Positions 50,924 through 61,774 are shown, numbered from the stretch's first letter. The stretch is 64,000 bases of DNA from Vulcanimicrobiota bacterium (GCA_963812155.1 CAWETW010000002.1:32001-96000); one strand, 5' to 3'. Numbers and translations are program-made. The notes: generated by a model not told the origin, from the letters alone.

Positions 50924-52287
50924 AAGCGCTTCGCGTCGCGCTCGCGATTCCGGCCGCACTGCTGGTCGCCGCGATCGCGCAGCGCCTGCTGCTCGCGCAG
51001 GTCGCACCCCAGGTGGCCGTCGCCCTCGCGCAACCGCTTCCAGTCGTCACCAGTTGGGGCGGTCTCGGTGCGGCGGCGTTTTGCGTGCTCGCACTCGCAC
51101 TCGCCGCGGGCGGCATCGCGTACGCGCGCATCGTCGCGCGCGGCACGTGCTCCGCCGGCCTGACGACGCCGCTCGGCGTTGCGGCGCTGTGCGCGTTTGC
51201 AGTTGCGTGCGCGTGGGCGGCGCCGGCCGTCTTTTCGAGCGACGCATATGCCTACGCGGTATACGGCGAGTTGCTGCGCCTTGGTGCCGATCCGTACGCG
51301 CACCGCGTGCTGCCGAGCGGCAATCCGATCTTCGACGCCGCCATCGTGCAGTGGGGAAACCCGCCGCCGGTCTGCGTCTATGGGCCGCTCTTCGTCGCGC
51401 TTGCTTCGGCGATCGTTTCGGTAACGGCATCGTTCGGCACGGCGGCGACGCTAAGCGGATTCCGCGCGGCGTCGTCGGCAGCGCTGGCGGCCTGTGCGCT
51501 GCTGGCGTACGCCGCATATCCCGGCGGCCGGCGCGAGCGTCTCACCGCAGCGGCGACGATCGCGCTCAATCCGGTCGCAATCTGGTGCGCCGCCGAGGGC
51601 CACAACGACGCCCTGGCGCTCGCCGTCGTGCTGGCGGGCGTCGCGGTTGCACGTCGCGGATACGTGCAGCTCGGCGCGCTGCTGTCGTCGTGCGCCGGCC
51701 TTGTGAAACTCCCGGCGGTTGCCGGATCGCTGCCGCCAGCGTTCTTGGGCGGATGGCTGGGCGCGATCGGTGGTGCCGTGCTGGCGCTGGCGTTTTCGCT
51801 CCCCTTCTTCCGCGGCGTTACGACGCAGCTGGCGCCGCACGCCCACTACGCGCCGCAAGCCTCCTTTCAAGCATTCGTCGAACCGCTCGCGCGGGCGATT
51901 GCAGGCTCGAACGCCATCGCAGAGGGGGTTGCGTGGACGTTCGCCGGTTGCGCGGCTGCGGCGCTCGTGTGGGCCGCGCTTGCGCGTTTGCGCCGAGGCG
52001 ATCGCGAGGGTTGGCTCTATGCGGCGCTCGCCGGTTGGCTGCTGGTGCCCAATCCCTATCCGTGGTACGGGGTGTGGCTGGCAGCCATTGCCGCGATCGC
52101 ACCGGGCACGCGCGCGGCCGCGACCCTGCTGGCATTGACGCTCGCGGCCGTGCTGCGCTACTTTCCCGACGCCGTCTACCCGGGAACCCCGATGCCGGTT
52201 GCGTGGCTCGGGCTGATTGCGACGCTGCCGTTTTTACTGCTGCTTCCGCGTCGAGCCGCGTTTGGTATAATCAACCGCTCACCATGA
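50920..52287 (+). CDS. GT-C protein, MptA/MptB-like polyprenol-P-mannose-dependent mannosyltransferase family
   Basis: FSSDAYAY, DPY, VYGPLF, LNP..EGHNDAL, YPWY motifs. Confidence 0.8.
   Translation: MKALRVALAIPAALLVAAIAQRLLLAQVAPQVAVALAQPLPVVTSWGGLGAAAFCVLALALAAGGIAYARIVARGTCSAGLTTPLGVAALCAFAVACAWAAPAVFSSDAYAYAVYGELLRLGADPYAHRVLPSGNPIFDAAIVQWGNPPPVCVYGPLFVALASAIVSVTASFGTAATLSGFRAASSAALAACALLAYAAYPGGRRERLTAAATIALNPVAIWCAAEGHNDALALAVVLAGVAVARRGYVQLGALLSSCAGLVKLPAVAGSLPPAFLGGWLGAIGGAVLALAFSLPFFRGVTTQLAPHAHYAPQASFQAFVEPLARAIAGSNAIAEGVAWTFAGCAAAALVWAALARLRRGDREGWLYAALAGWLLVPNPYPWYGVWLAAIAAIAPGTRAAATLLALTLAAVLRYFPDAVYPGTPMPVAWLGLIATLPFLLLLPRRAAFGIINRSP
52263..52271 (+). promoter_or_regulatory. 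Extended -10 element TGGTATAAT upstream of mfd
   Basis: Perfect TGn-TATAAT 12 nt before ATG 52284, in GC-rich DNA. Confidence 0.6.
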
Positions 52288-55200
52288 CCACCGCCGATCT
52301 CACAGCGCCGCCGGACCGCGCGCACGGCTCCCTGCACGATGCGCTCGTGCGGCATCTGACGACCTCGAGCCGCTCGATGTCGGCCCTTCTCGGGCGCTTG
52401 CGCGAGTTGCGCGCACTGCCCGGGAAAAAACCCGGTTCGTACGCGCTGCACGAAACGGCCACCGCGGCGCGCTCCGGCACTGCTCGCCGCCGTACAGCGC
52501 GCGCTGGGCGGCACGCTGCTCGTTCTGGTTCCAACGCCGGATGCGGCCGAGCGCATTTTCGCCGACCTGCTTTTCTATCTCGGCGAAGAAGATCCGCAGA
52601 CGCCCGCCTTGCTGCGCTCGCGCGACGAAGCGCTCGGCGCGATCGAAAGCCCGTCCGAGCGCAGCGCACGCATGACGCTGCTCGCCGATTTGACGGCCGG
52701 AGCCGCGCGCATCGTCCTCGCTCCAATCGCGGCGGTGCGCCAATATCTCATGCCGCGCGCGCTGTTCGACGAGCTCCGGTTTTCCGTGCGCTCGGGCGAG
52801 TCGCCGGGTTTCGAGCGAATTCAAGAACGGCTCTACGCAATGGGCTACGATCGCTGCGACGTGGTGAGCGCTGCCGGCGAATATGCCGTGCGCGGCGGCA
52901 TCATCGACGTCTTCCCCGGCAACGCCGGCGCGCCGGTCCGCGTCGAGTTCTTCGGCGACGAGATCGACAGCATCCGCAGTTTCGCCGTCGATACCCAACG
53001 CAGCACCGGTAGCCTCCAGTCGGTCGAGATCGTGCCGTGGTCGCAGATACCGCGCGACGAACGGTACCGCCGGCGCATCCTCGAGCGGTTCGACGGGCCG
53101 CAAGCCGCACGTCGCGAGCTCGGAGCGTTCTTGAGTGCGAACGCCGACGTTCCCGAAACGTGGCTTCCGCTGGCGTTCGAGCGGCGCGCGACGATCTTCG
53201 ATTATCTGCCCGAAGATGCGATCGTGGTGCTCGACGAGCCGGCGATGATCTCATCGATCGCGGCCGCACTCGACGAAGAGCGCACGCGCGAGCAGCACGT
53301 CTTGCTCGCGGCGGTCGAGTCGGGCGAACTGTCGGTCGACGAGAACCACGTCGGCGAAGCGTTGCTCGCTGACGTCGCTGCCGCACCTCCGGCGCTCGGC
53401 GAACTCGGCGAGGCGATCGGACGCCATGCCACGCTCGTCATCCCGGGGGCGATCGAGAACCGGGCCGCGTCGAGTTGGGCGCCGCAAGCGCTCGATGCGT
53501 TCGTTCTCGAGTGCAGTCCCGCCGAACACTTCAACCGCCAGATCGAACTCTTCTCGCGCAGCGTGCGCGATGCGGTCGCCGCGGGCGAGACGATTGCGAT
53601 CGTCAGCACCGCGGTCGGGCGTACGACCGACATCCTGCGCGCCGCCGGCGTTCCAATCGGCGAACGCCTGGGCAGCGGCTCGGCGGTTGTGGGCGCCGGC
53701 AGCATCGACTCCGGATTCAGCGTTTCCAGCTTGCGCTTGCGCGTGCTCGGCGACCGCGAAATCTACGGCGCCCCGCCCAAGCGCGTGCACATGCGCGCCG
53801 TCAAGGAAGGCGTACCGGTCACGCTGGCCGATCTGCGCGTCGGCGATCACGTCGTGCACGCCGTCCACGGGATCGGCCAATATCTCGGTTTGCGCACCGA
53901 AACGATTCTCGGCGCGACGCAAGACTATCTCGATCTCAAATACGCCGGCAGCGACCGGATGCTCGTGCCCGTGACGCAGATGCATCAGATCGCGAAGTAC
54001 TCGGCGGCCGAAGGGCAGAGCCCGCGCCTTTCCAAAATGGGCGGCGCCGATTGGGCGCGCACCAAGGCGCGCGTCGCCGAATCGCTCGGCAAAATCGCCG
54101 ACGGCCTGGTGCAACTCTACGCCGAGCGCGAGCTCGCACGCGGACACGCGTTCGCTGCCGATACGCCCGTGGCAAGTGGAGATGGAAGAAGCGTTTCCCT
54201 ACGAGACGACGCGCGATCAGCAGAAAGCCATCGACGAAACAAAAGTCAATATGGAATCGGCGCGTCCGATGGACCGTCTGGTGTGCGGCGACGTCGGCTA
54301 CGGAAAAACGGAAGTCGCGATGCGCGCGGCGTTCAAGGCGGTCGCCGACAAGAAGCAGGTTGCGGTCCTCGTTCCGACGACGCTGCTGGCCGACCAGCAC
54401 TACCGCACCTTCAGCGCGCGCTTCGCCGGGTTTCCGCTGCGCGTCGAAGAGCTATCTCGCTTTCAGAGCAAAGCCGAGCAGAAACGCATCGTGCGCGAAC
54501 TCGCCGAAGGCAAGGTCGACATCGTCGTCGGCACGCATCGGCTGCTGCAAAAAGACGTCGCCTTCGCGGACCTCGGCCTCATCGTCATCGACGAGGAACA
54601 GCGTTTCGGCGTGATGCACAAGGAGCGCCTCAAGGAGTATCGCGCGAGCGTCGACGTGCTGACGCTTTCGGCCACGCCGATTCCGCGAACGCTGCACATG
54701 TCGCTGCTCGGCGTGCGCGATCTCTCGCTCATTCAAACTCCGCCGAAGAACCGCATGTCGATCAAGACGCTCGTCGTGCCCGCGGGCGATGCGGTCGTCC
54801 AGCATGCCATCGCAGCCGAACTCGACCGCGGCGGCCAGGTGTACTATCTGCACAACCGGATCGAATCGATCTACGCCGTCCGCAACGCGTTGGCCAAACT
54901 CGTCCCGCGCGCGCGCATCGGTGTCGGCCACGGAAAGATGAGCGAAGCGGAGATCGAGCCGGTGATGCAAGCCTTCATCGACGGCGAACTCGACGTGCTC
55001 GTTGCCACGACGATCATCGAAAACGGCATCGACATCCCCAACGTCAACACGATGCTCGTCAACGACGCCGACAAGTTCGGGCTCGCGCAACTCTATCAAC
55101 TGCGCGGGCGCGTCGGACGCTCGAATCACCAGGCGTACTGTTATCTGCTCTATCAGGGTCACAAGGCGCTGAGCGAGGAGGCCAAGGCGCGCCTCGAAGC

Positions 55201-55836
55201 GATCCGCGAGTTCACGCACCTCGGTTCCGGATTGCAGATCGCGATGCGCGACCTCGAGATTCGCGGCGCCGGCAACTTGCTCGGCGCGGCGCAGTCGGGA
55301 TTCATCGCGTCGGTCGGTTTCGACACCTACTGCGAAATGCTCGCCGAAGCGATCGCCGAACGTCGCGGCATGAGCGCCGCGCTGGAGGACCGGCGCGAGG
55401 CCGTCATCGACGTGAAGATCAGTGCGTTCGTTCCGAACGACTACATTCCGCAAGTCTCGCAAAAGATTGCCGTGTATCAGCAGCTCGCCAAGGCGCGTAC
55501 GGAGGCCGAGGTCGCGGAGATCGCCGCCGGCGTACGCGATCGCTTCGGTCCGTTTCCGCGGCCGCTCGAGCGCTTGATCGAGCTGACCAAGCTCCGGACG
55601 ATTGCGCTGGCCAAGCACGTAACGCGGGTGGTCGTCGACGAGACCCGTTTGACGCTTGGGGTCGGATCGGGGTTCGACCTCGATCCCGCCGCGATTCCGA
55701 TTTTTCAGTCGCTGACGAACAATCGCTTCCGGTTCGCGGAAGGCCGCATCCTCGTGGATCTGCCCGCCATACGCGACCGCGACAGCGGGGAAAGCATCTG
55801 GATGCCGCTGCTCCGGGGCTCCTCGAGGCCATGTGA
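52284..55836 (+). CDS. mfd: Transcription-repair coupling factor, frameshifts near 52472, 54168 and 55815
   Basis: [74 protein letters not shown]. Confidence 0.96.
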
Positions 55837-55962
55837 CCGCTTGCTTCGGCGCTCCTGAGAGTTCGCCGAGAGGAGGGCCGGGATTGCGCACGAACCTGCG
55901 GAACGAACTGCGGGGCGCGCGCCCCGCCTGTTACACACTGCTCTTTTTCCTTGGAGCCGACA

Positions 55963-56904
55963 ATGTCGAAAGCCCAACGGGTCATCGCGGGCCTTGGCGC
56001 CCTGCTTCTCGGTGCCGCGCTCGCGGCATGCGCGGGCAACGCCGTCGCAACGGTCAACGGTGAACCGATCAGCAAATCCGCGTTCGAAGATAAACTCGAA
56101 TCCAGCCCGGGCGCGCGCAGTACGCTGCAGCAGATGGTGCAGGAGACGCTGATCCTTCAGTACGCCAAGAAAAACAACATCAACGTCACCGACGACGAGA
56201 TCGTGCAACGCGAGAACGATCTCAAGGCAAACTTTCCGAACGGATCGTGGGACGAGATGCTCAAGGCGCGCGGACTCAGCGAAGACGACGTTCGCGAGGC
56301 GCTGCGCGAGCAGATCATTCTCGACAAGGCGCTGGCAAATCGGGTGAACGTCACGCCGGCGCAAATCAAGTCGTACTTCGATAAGAACCACGCGGCGTTC
56401 GACAAGCCCGAGCAGATCAAGGCGCGCCACATCCTCGTGAAGGATTTGGCGACCGCGCAAAAAGTCGAAGGCCTGTTGAAATCGGGACAAAACTTCAACG
56501 ACGTCGCGAAGCAGTATTCGACGGATCCCGGCAGCAAGGACAAAGGCGGCGAACTCGGATTCTTCCGGCGCGGCCAAATGGTGCCGGCGTTCGATCAAGT
56601 CGCGTTCTCGTTGAAGCCCAATCAGGTCAGCCAACCGGTGAAGTCGCCGTTCGGCTATCACGTCATCCAGGTCGAAGCCGTACAGCCGGCGGTGAAAGCG
56701 ACGCTCGCGAGCGCGACGCCGCGCATCACCGACATGTTGCGCCAGCAGCAAGAAGCGCCGCTGATCCAGCCGTTCCTGCAGGGCTTGCAGCAAACGGCGC
56801 AGATCCAAGTGCTCGATCCGCGCTTCGCGGATCTCTTCCCGTCACCGCCGCCGACGGTACCGCCGGCCGCGTCGATGGCTCCCGCGGCCACACCGACGAA
56901 GTAA
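55963..56904 (+). CDS. prsA: PrsA-like parvulin peptidyl-prolyl isomerase lipoprotein
   Basis: Lipobox LAAC, ARHILV, YSTDPGSKDKGGELG, MVPAF, KSPFGYHVI. Confidence 0.9.
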   Translation: MSKAQRVIAGLGALLLGAALAACAGNAVATVNGEPISKSAFEDKLESSPGARSTLQQMVQETLILQYAKKNNINVTDDEIVQRENDLKANFPNGSWDEMLKARGLSEDDVREALREQIILDKALANRVNVTPAQIKSYFDKNHAAFDKPEQIKARHILVKDLATAQKVEGLLKSGQNFNDVAKQYSTDPGSKDKGGELGFFRRGQMVPAFDQVAFSLKPNQVSQPVKSPFGYHVIQVEAVQPAVKATLASATPRITDMLRQQQEAPLIQPFLQGLQQTAQIQVLDPRFADLFPSPPPTVPPAASMAPAATPTK

Positions 56905-56923
56905 CCCGGCTCGCGCGATTCTC

Positions 56924-56956
56924 GGAAAGGCCCCGGCAGCACGCCGGGGCCTTTCC
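56924..56956 (+). terminator. Perfect 14-bp hairpin after prsA (terminator or stabiliser)
   Basis: GGAAAGGCCCCGGC-AGCAC-GCCGGGGCCTTTCC; only a short U tract. Confidence 0.65.
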
Positions 56957-56981
56957 ACTGCGCGCGCGAAGTCGCGAGGCC

Positions 56982-58169
56982 ATGCTGGTGCGCATCGCGG
57001 GCCTCGGACCCGGCGATCCGAGTCTGCTAACCATCGGCGCGGTCGACGCATTGCGTGAGATCGGCGCGGCCGCCGCGCCGCTCGCTCCGCCGGACTTGCG
57101 CGGATATTTGGCTCGCAACGGCGTCGAGATCGTCGGCGGCCTCATCGACGACCCGGCGCTCTTCGTGGCCGGCGTTGCCGACGAACTCGGGCGCTTCGCC
57201 GATCGAGTCAGCACCCGCGGGCATGCGCTCGGGTTGGCCATCCTCGGAAATCCGCTTTCGGACTTTCCCGGCCTCGCGCAGCTGCTGCGCGCGCTCGACC
57301 ACGCCGGCGTTGCGACCGAGATCGTGCCGGGCATGCCGCGTGCGACGCTGTCGGCGGCGATGGCCTTGCCGCTCGTGCCGCTTCCGCCGCAATCGGCGCA
57401 GTATTCGTTCGACGATCTCGTCGAGATCATGGCGCGGTTGCGGATGGGGTGTCCGTGGGACCGCGAGCAGACGCATCGCACGCTCGTTCCGTACCTCATC
57501 GAGGAGACGTTCGAGGTGGTCGAAGCCGTCGAGAGCGGCGACCTAGACGCGCTGTGCGAGGAGCTGGGCGACCTGCTGCTGCAGATCGTCTTCCATTCGC
57601 AAATCGCCACCGAGACCGGAAAGTTCGGCGTCGCCGACGTCGTCAACGCGCTTTCGAACAAGATGGTGCGCCGCCATCCGCACGTCTTCGGCGATGCGGT
57701 CATCGAAGACGTCGACGCACAGTGGCGCAACTGGGAACGTCTCAAAGCGATGGAAAAGACCGGCCGCGCGCGCAAGAGCCGGCTCGACGGCATTCCCAAA
57801 CATCTGGGCGCGCTGCAGCGCGGTCAACGAATGCAAGAGAAGGCGTCGCGGGTCGGTTTCGACTGGCCGGCCGTCTCCGGAATTCTCGACAAGCTCGCGG
57901 AGGAGGTGCGCGAACTCGCCGATGCGCGCCGCGAAAAACAGGACGACGCCCGGGTACGCGAAGAGCTCGGCGACGTCTTCTTTACGCTGGTGAACCTTTC
58001 GCGCGCCCTCGGCATCGACGCCGAGACGGCGATGCGCCAAGCCAACGAAAAGTTCTATCGGCGTTTCAGCTTCATGGAAGAACGTGCCGCCGCCGGCGGG
58101 AAGACTCTTTCCGACCTTTCGCTCGACGAACTCGAGGAACTGTGGCAACTGGCGAAGACGCCGGCGTAG
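56982..58169 (+). CDS. mazG: YabN-like protein: degenerate tetrapyrrole-methylase domain plus MazG pyrophosphohydrolase
   Basis: [12 protein letters not shown]-terminus; [35 protein letters not shown]. Confidence 0.92.
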   Translation: MLVRIAGLGPGDPSLLTIGAVDALREIGAAAAPLAPPDLRGYLARNGVEIVGGLIDDPALFVAGVADELGRFADRVSTRGHALGLAILGNPLSDFPGLAQLLRALDHAGVATEIVPGMPRATLSAAMALPLVPLPPQSAQYSFDDLVEIMARLRMGCPWDREQTHRTLVPYLIEETFEVVEAVESGDLDALCEELGDLLLQIVFHSQIATETGKFGVADVVNALSNKMVRRHPHVFGDAVIEDVDAQWRNWERLKAMEKTGRARKSRLDGIPKHLGALQRGQRMQEKASRVGFDWPAVSGILDKLAEEVRELADARREKQDDARVREELGDVFFTLVNLSRALGIDAETAMRQANEKFYRRFSFMEERAAAGGKTLSDLSLDELEELWQLAKTPA

Positions 58170-58186
58170 CGACGATACGGTTGCGC

Positions 58187-58543
58187 ATGAGCGCGCACGA
58201 CGCTCACTACGGCGGAAATCTCGTGGACGGCGCGCGCATGCTCGCACTCTTCGGCGACGTCGCGACCGAACTGCTGATCCGCCTCGACGGCGACGAAGGG
58301 CTCTTCGTCGCGTACGACACGGTGGAGTTCGTCGCGCCGGTCTACGCCGGCGATTACATCGAAGCCGAAGGCAGGATCGTCAACGTCGGCAACACCTCCC
58401 GCCGCATGGAGTTCGAAGCGCGTAAGGTCATTGCGGCGCGTCCCGACGTCAACGACAGCGCCGGCGACGTTCTCGAACCGCCCGTCGTCGTATGCCGCGC
58501 CAGCGGCACGTGCGTCACGCCAAAATCCAAAAAACGCCGCTGA
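58187..58543 (+). CDS. kal: 3-aminobutyryl-CoA ammonia-lyase (hotdog fold); homology may begin at 58166
   Basis: [63 protein letters not shown]. Confidence 0.88.
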   Translation: MSAHDAHYGGNLVDGARMLALFGDVATELLIRLDGDEGLFVAYDTVEFVAPVYAGDYIEAEGRIVNVGNTSRRMEFEARKVIAARPDVNDSAGDVLEPPVVVCRASGTCVTPKSKKRR

Positions 58544-58588
58544 GCCGCGGGCGTGCGGCATCACGGGCGCGGCGCGATACGTTAGGGA

Positions 58589-59980
58589 CTATACCAAGCG
58601 TTCGTGGGTTTTGCGTTTCCAGACGAACTCGTAGTAGCAATACTGCAGGACGAGCCCCGTGCAGAATGCGATCGGGTAGCCCATCCACACGCCCTCGATG
58701 CCGACGCGATGCATGAGCAGGTAGGCCGCGGGAACTTCGACGCCCCAAATCGCGAAGATGCCGATGACCGTCGGCCACAGCACGGTGCCACTGCCGCGCA
58801 TGACGCCGCTGAGCACGGCGGAGTTGCCGAAAACCGCGTAGCTCCACAGCGTAATCATCAGCAGGCCGTGCGCGATGACGAGCGTCTGCGGATCGGTGAT
58901 GAACGCGCCCAAGATGTTCCATGCGAAGACGTAACAGAGCCCGATGATGATCGCGCCGACGGCATAGTTGAGGCCGACCGCCGAACGGATCACCGATCCG
59001 AGCTTATCCTCGCGGCGCGCACCGATGCATTGGGCGCCAAAGATCGAAGCGGCGATGCCGATTGAAATAGCCGGAAACTGCACGTAACTGACGACTTGAT
59101 TGACCGCGCCGTACGCAGCGGTCGCGCGCGATCCGAAGTGGTTGACGAACGAGATCACCGCGATTTCCGCTAGGGAAACCATCATCACTTGGATCCCGGT
59201 CGGAACGCCGATCTTGACGACTCGGTAGAGAATGCTCCAATCGATCCGCATGTCGGAGAGCGTTTCGCGGTCGAACTTGAGCGGATGATTGTGGCGCGCG
59301 AGGTGTACCACCAGCCATCCGAGCGCCGCGGCGTTCGCGATAAGTCCGGCGACCGCGGCGCTCACGACGCCCAGTTTCGGCAGTCCCAGCCAACCGAGAA
59401 TGAACAACGGCGTAATCGCGATCGCGAGCGCGGCCGACACGATTAACGAGAAAAACGGGGTCGACGAGTCACCGGTTCCGCGCAAGATCGTCACGTAGAC
59501 GAAGTACACGAAGAAGATCGGCATGGTAAGGAAGATGACTTTCGCGTAGGCATCCGACTGTGCCAAGATGTCGTGCGGCGTGCCGAGCCACGACAGCAGC
59601 ACCGGCGATCCGACGCTTCCTAGGATTGCGACGAAGATTCCGAGATAGAGCCCCGCGCCGAGCACCGTCCCGGCAATCTTCTTCACCAGATGATGGTCGC
59701 GCGCGCCGAAGGCCTGGCCCACGAGGACCGTACCGCCGCTCGAAACGCCGAAGACGAACGAGAACAGCAAAAAGATGACGGGAAAGACGGCCGAAACGGC
59801 GCCTAACGCTTGCGTGGAAATCAAGCGTCCGATCCAGATGCTGGCCATCGTTTGCGACGCCGACTGCACGACGTTGCTGAGCATGAGCGGAATAAGAAAA
59901 ACGAGCAGGAGCCGCCACATCGGGCGGCTCTCGTCGAAAACGTTTACGCCTGGACGCCGGGCGGCCGAGGCCTGCGCCAT
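58589..59980 (-). CDS. MATE family efflux transporter
   Basis: Twelve TMs in two repeats; LRGTGDSSTP and MRGSG motifs. Confidence 0.9.
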   Translation of the reverse strand: MAQASAARRPGVNVFDESRPMWRLLLVFLIPLMLSNVVQSASQTMASIWIGRLISTQALGAVSAVFPVIFLLFSFVFGVSSGGTVLVGQAFGARDHHLVKKIAGTVLGAGLYLGIFVAILGSVGSPVLLSWLGTPHDILAQSDAYAKVIFLTMPIFFVYFVYVTILRGTGDSSTPFFSLIVSAALAIAITPLFILGWLGLPKLGVVSAAVAGLIANAAALGWLVVHLARHNHPLKFDRETLSDMRIDWSILYRVVKIGVPTGIQVMMVSLAEIAVISFVNHFGSRATAAYGAVNQVVSYVQFPAISIGIAASIFGAQCIGARREDKLGSVIRSAVGLNYAVGAIIIGLCYVFAWNILGAFITDPQTLVIAHGLLMITLWSYAVFGNSAVLSGVMRGSGTVLWPTVIGIFAIWGVEVPAAYLLMHRVGIEGVWMGYPIAFCTGLVLQYCYYEFVWKRKTHERLV

Positions 59981-59983
59981 GAA

Positions 59984-60499
59984 CTACTCCTGTGCGAGAA
60001 GCGTGTAGATTTCTCGGCGCGTGCGGTCGAGCAAGTCGCGCACACGTTCGATCGTTTCGTTTTTCGAACTCGGTCCCACCTGGGCTACCGCTTGCATCAG
60101 CCTGCCGGCCGACTCGCGCAAGCCACCGTCGGTTTCGCTCTCGGGCGCTTCTTCCTCGTCGTCTTCCTTCTCGAAGAAGCTTCCGAAGTCGACCGCGTGT
60201 CCGCGCAGATGCTCGCGCCCCTTGTCGGTGACTTCATACGTGCGCCGTTCGCCCTCGTCCCTGCCGGTGATGAGGCCTTCCTCCTCGAGCGCTGCGAGCA
60301 GCGGGTAGACCGATCCGGGTCCGCCCGGCCACCCTTTACGGCGAAACTCTCGAATGAGGTCGTATCCGTGTCGCGACTCTTCGGCGAGCAGCTTCAGCAT
60401 CACCAATTTCAAAATGCCCCGCTTGAAACGGCGTCCGTGACGGCGGTGCCGCCCTTCGAACCCCCCGCCCCAGCCGGGCGCGTACCAAAATGGGTTCAT
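59984..60499 (-). CDS. PadR family transcriptional regulator
   Basis: HGYDLI, PGSVYPLL..LEEEGLI, YEVTDKG. Confidence 0.92.
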   Translation of the reverse strand: MNPFWYAPGWGGGFEGRHRRHGRRFKRGILKLVMLKLLAEESRHGYDLIREFRRKGWPGGPGSVYPLLAALEEEGLITGRDEGERRTYEVTDKGREHLRGHAVDFGSFFEKEDDEEEAPESETDGGLRESAGRLMQAVAQVGPSSKNETIERVRDLLDRTRREIYTLLAQE

Positions 60500-60507
60500 A
60501 GGTCGGG

Positions 60508-60536
60508 ATAGTATTCGATATATCGGAACTTGTCAA
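60508..60536 (-). promoter_or_regulatory. Sigma-70 promoter TTGACA-N17-TACTAT with palindromic operator CGATATATCG (60516-60525)
   Basis: Near-consensus hexamers with 17-nt spacing, 8 nt before the padR ATG. Confidence 0.8.
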
Positions 60537-60591
60537 GATAGGTCGCTTTCAAGTCTCAAGTGACGCCCGGCAGAACGCCGAAGAGGGCCGC

Positions 60592-60867
60592 ATGCGCCTC
60601 GATCGCTTTCTCAAGGTCTCTCGTCTTTCGAAACGGCGCAGCGAAGCGCACGAGGCGAGCGAGCATGGGCGGATCACCAAGGACGGCAAGCCGCTCAAGC
60701 CGGGATACCAGGTGAAGGCGGGAGACGTCCTCGAGATCCACTATGCGACGCGCTTCGTCACCGTTGTGGTGCGCGAGGTTCCATTGCGCATGACGCCGCG
60801 CGTGCACGCTGCCGAGCTGTACGAGATCGTCACGACGCGCAAAGACGAGCCCGCCGACTGGATATGA
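60592..60867 (+). CDS. S4-domain RNA-binding protein (YabO/RqcP/Hsp15-like)
   Basis: MRLDRFLKVSRLSKRRS.A..G.I..KPG..VK.GD. Confidence 0.88.
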   Translation: MRLDRFLKVSRLSKRRSEAHEASEHGRITKDGKPLKPGYQVKAGDVLEIHYATRFVTVVVREVPLRMTPRVHAAELYEIVTTRKDEPADWI

Positions 60868-61739
60868 TTTCCGCCGATACCAAAGACGCGCTCGCACGCG
60901 ACGTGCCCCCCGAAACGCACTGTCGCGACGCGCTGCTGCGCGGCCTCGTGCTCTACGGTGCGCGCAGAGAACGCACCGAGTTCGTCACCCATCGCAACGC
61001 GGTCGCGCGTCTGTTTTGGTCGCTTCTGGACAGCGATCGCAAATCGTATCCAATCGAAACGCGCGACGCAACTCGCCTCGGCCGTTTACCGACGTTCGCC
61101 ATTGCGATCCCCGAACGTCTGCGCGCATTCGCACCGAAGCCGGCGCATCGCTGCGACCGGCTGATGGAGATTCGTGCGGCGTTCTTGGCGTGCGGATCGT
61201 TGGCCGCCGGCGTCCACGGCTACCATCTCGAGTTCGTCGTTCCCTCCGCCGGCGAGGCGGCGCGTTTGGAATGGACGCTCAATAGCGCCGGCGTCGCTCC
61301 GAAGGTTACGCTACGCAAGGCACGCCGCGTCGTCTACTACAAGAACTTCGATGCCATCGTGGAACTGCTGACGCTCATAGGCGCGTTCGCCGCGGTATTG
61401 CACCTCGAAGACGTGCGCGCGTTGCGGGAAACGAAAAATCGCATTCACCGCCTGGTCAACACCGAGGCGGCAAACCTGGAACGCACCGCCGTGGCGGCAG
61501 CCGCGCAACGCCGCGTCATCGAGTACCTCGAGAACGCGTACGGCTTGCGCCGGCTCTCTCCCGCGCTGCGAGAAATAGCGGAGCTGCGAATCTCGTACCC
61601 CGACGAATCGCTCGCCGAACTCGGTCGCCGCTGCAATCCGCACATTACGAAGCCCACCGTCAGCAGCCGGCTGGCGGCACTCGCGCGCTTGGCCGAGCGG
61701 CTGCACAGGGGGCAGGGGCCAACCACGCGCGCCGGGTAA
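60864..61739 (+). CDS. whiA: DNA-binding protein WhiA
   Basis: AFLACGS, YHLEF, VYYK, RLVNTEAANL, RISYPDESLAELG. Confidence 0.9.
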   Translation: MISADTKDALARDVPPETHCRDALLRGLVLYGARRERTEFVTHRNAVARLFWSLLDSDRKSYPIETRDATRLGRLPTFAIAIPERLRAFAPKPAHRCDRLMEIRAAFLACGSLAAGVHGYHLEFVVPSAGEAARLEWTLNSAGVAPKVTLRKARRVVYYKNFDAIVELLTLIGAFAAVLHLEDVRALRETKNRIHRLVNTEAANLERTAVAAAAQRRVIEYLENAYGLRRLSPALREIAELRISYPDESLAELGRRCNPHITKPTVSSRLAALARLAERLHRGQGPTTRAG

Positions 61740-61774
61740 CACCGAAACCCTCACGTTTGCTTACGGAGTCCTGC

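Noticed and set aside
54160..54180. Programmed ribosomal frameshifting in mfd or kamD
   Set aside because: No slippery heptamer is present, and similar indels are scattered across many unrelated genes.
57449..58543. 364-aa ORF suggesting an N-terminally extended Kal or a MazG-Kal fusion
   Set aside because: The upstream part is an off-frame read of mazG; only the last ~125 aa resemble Kal.
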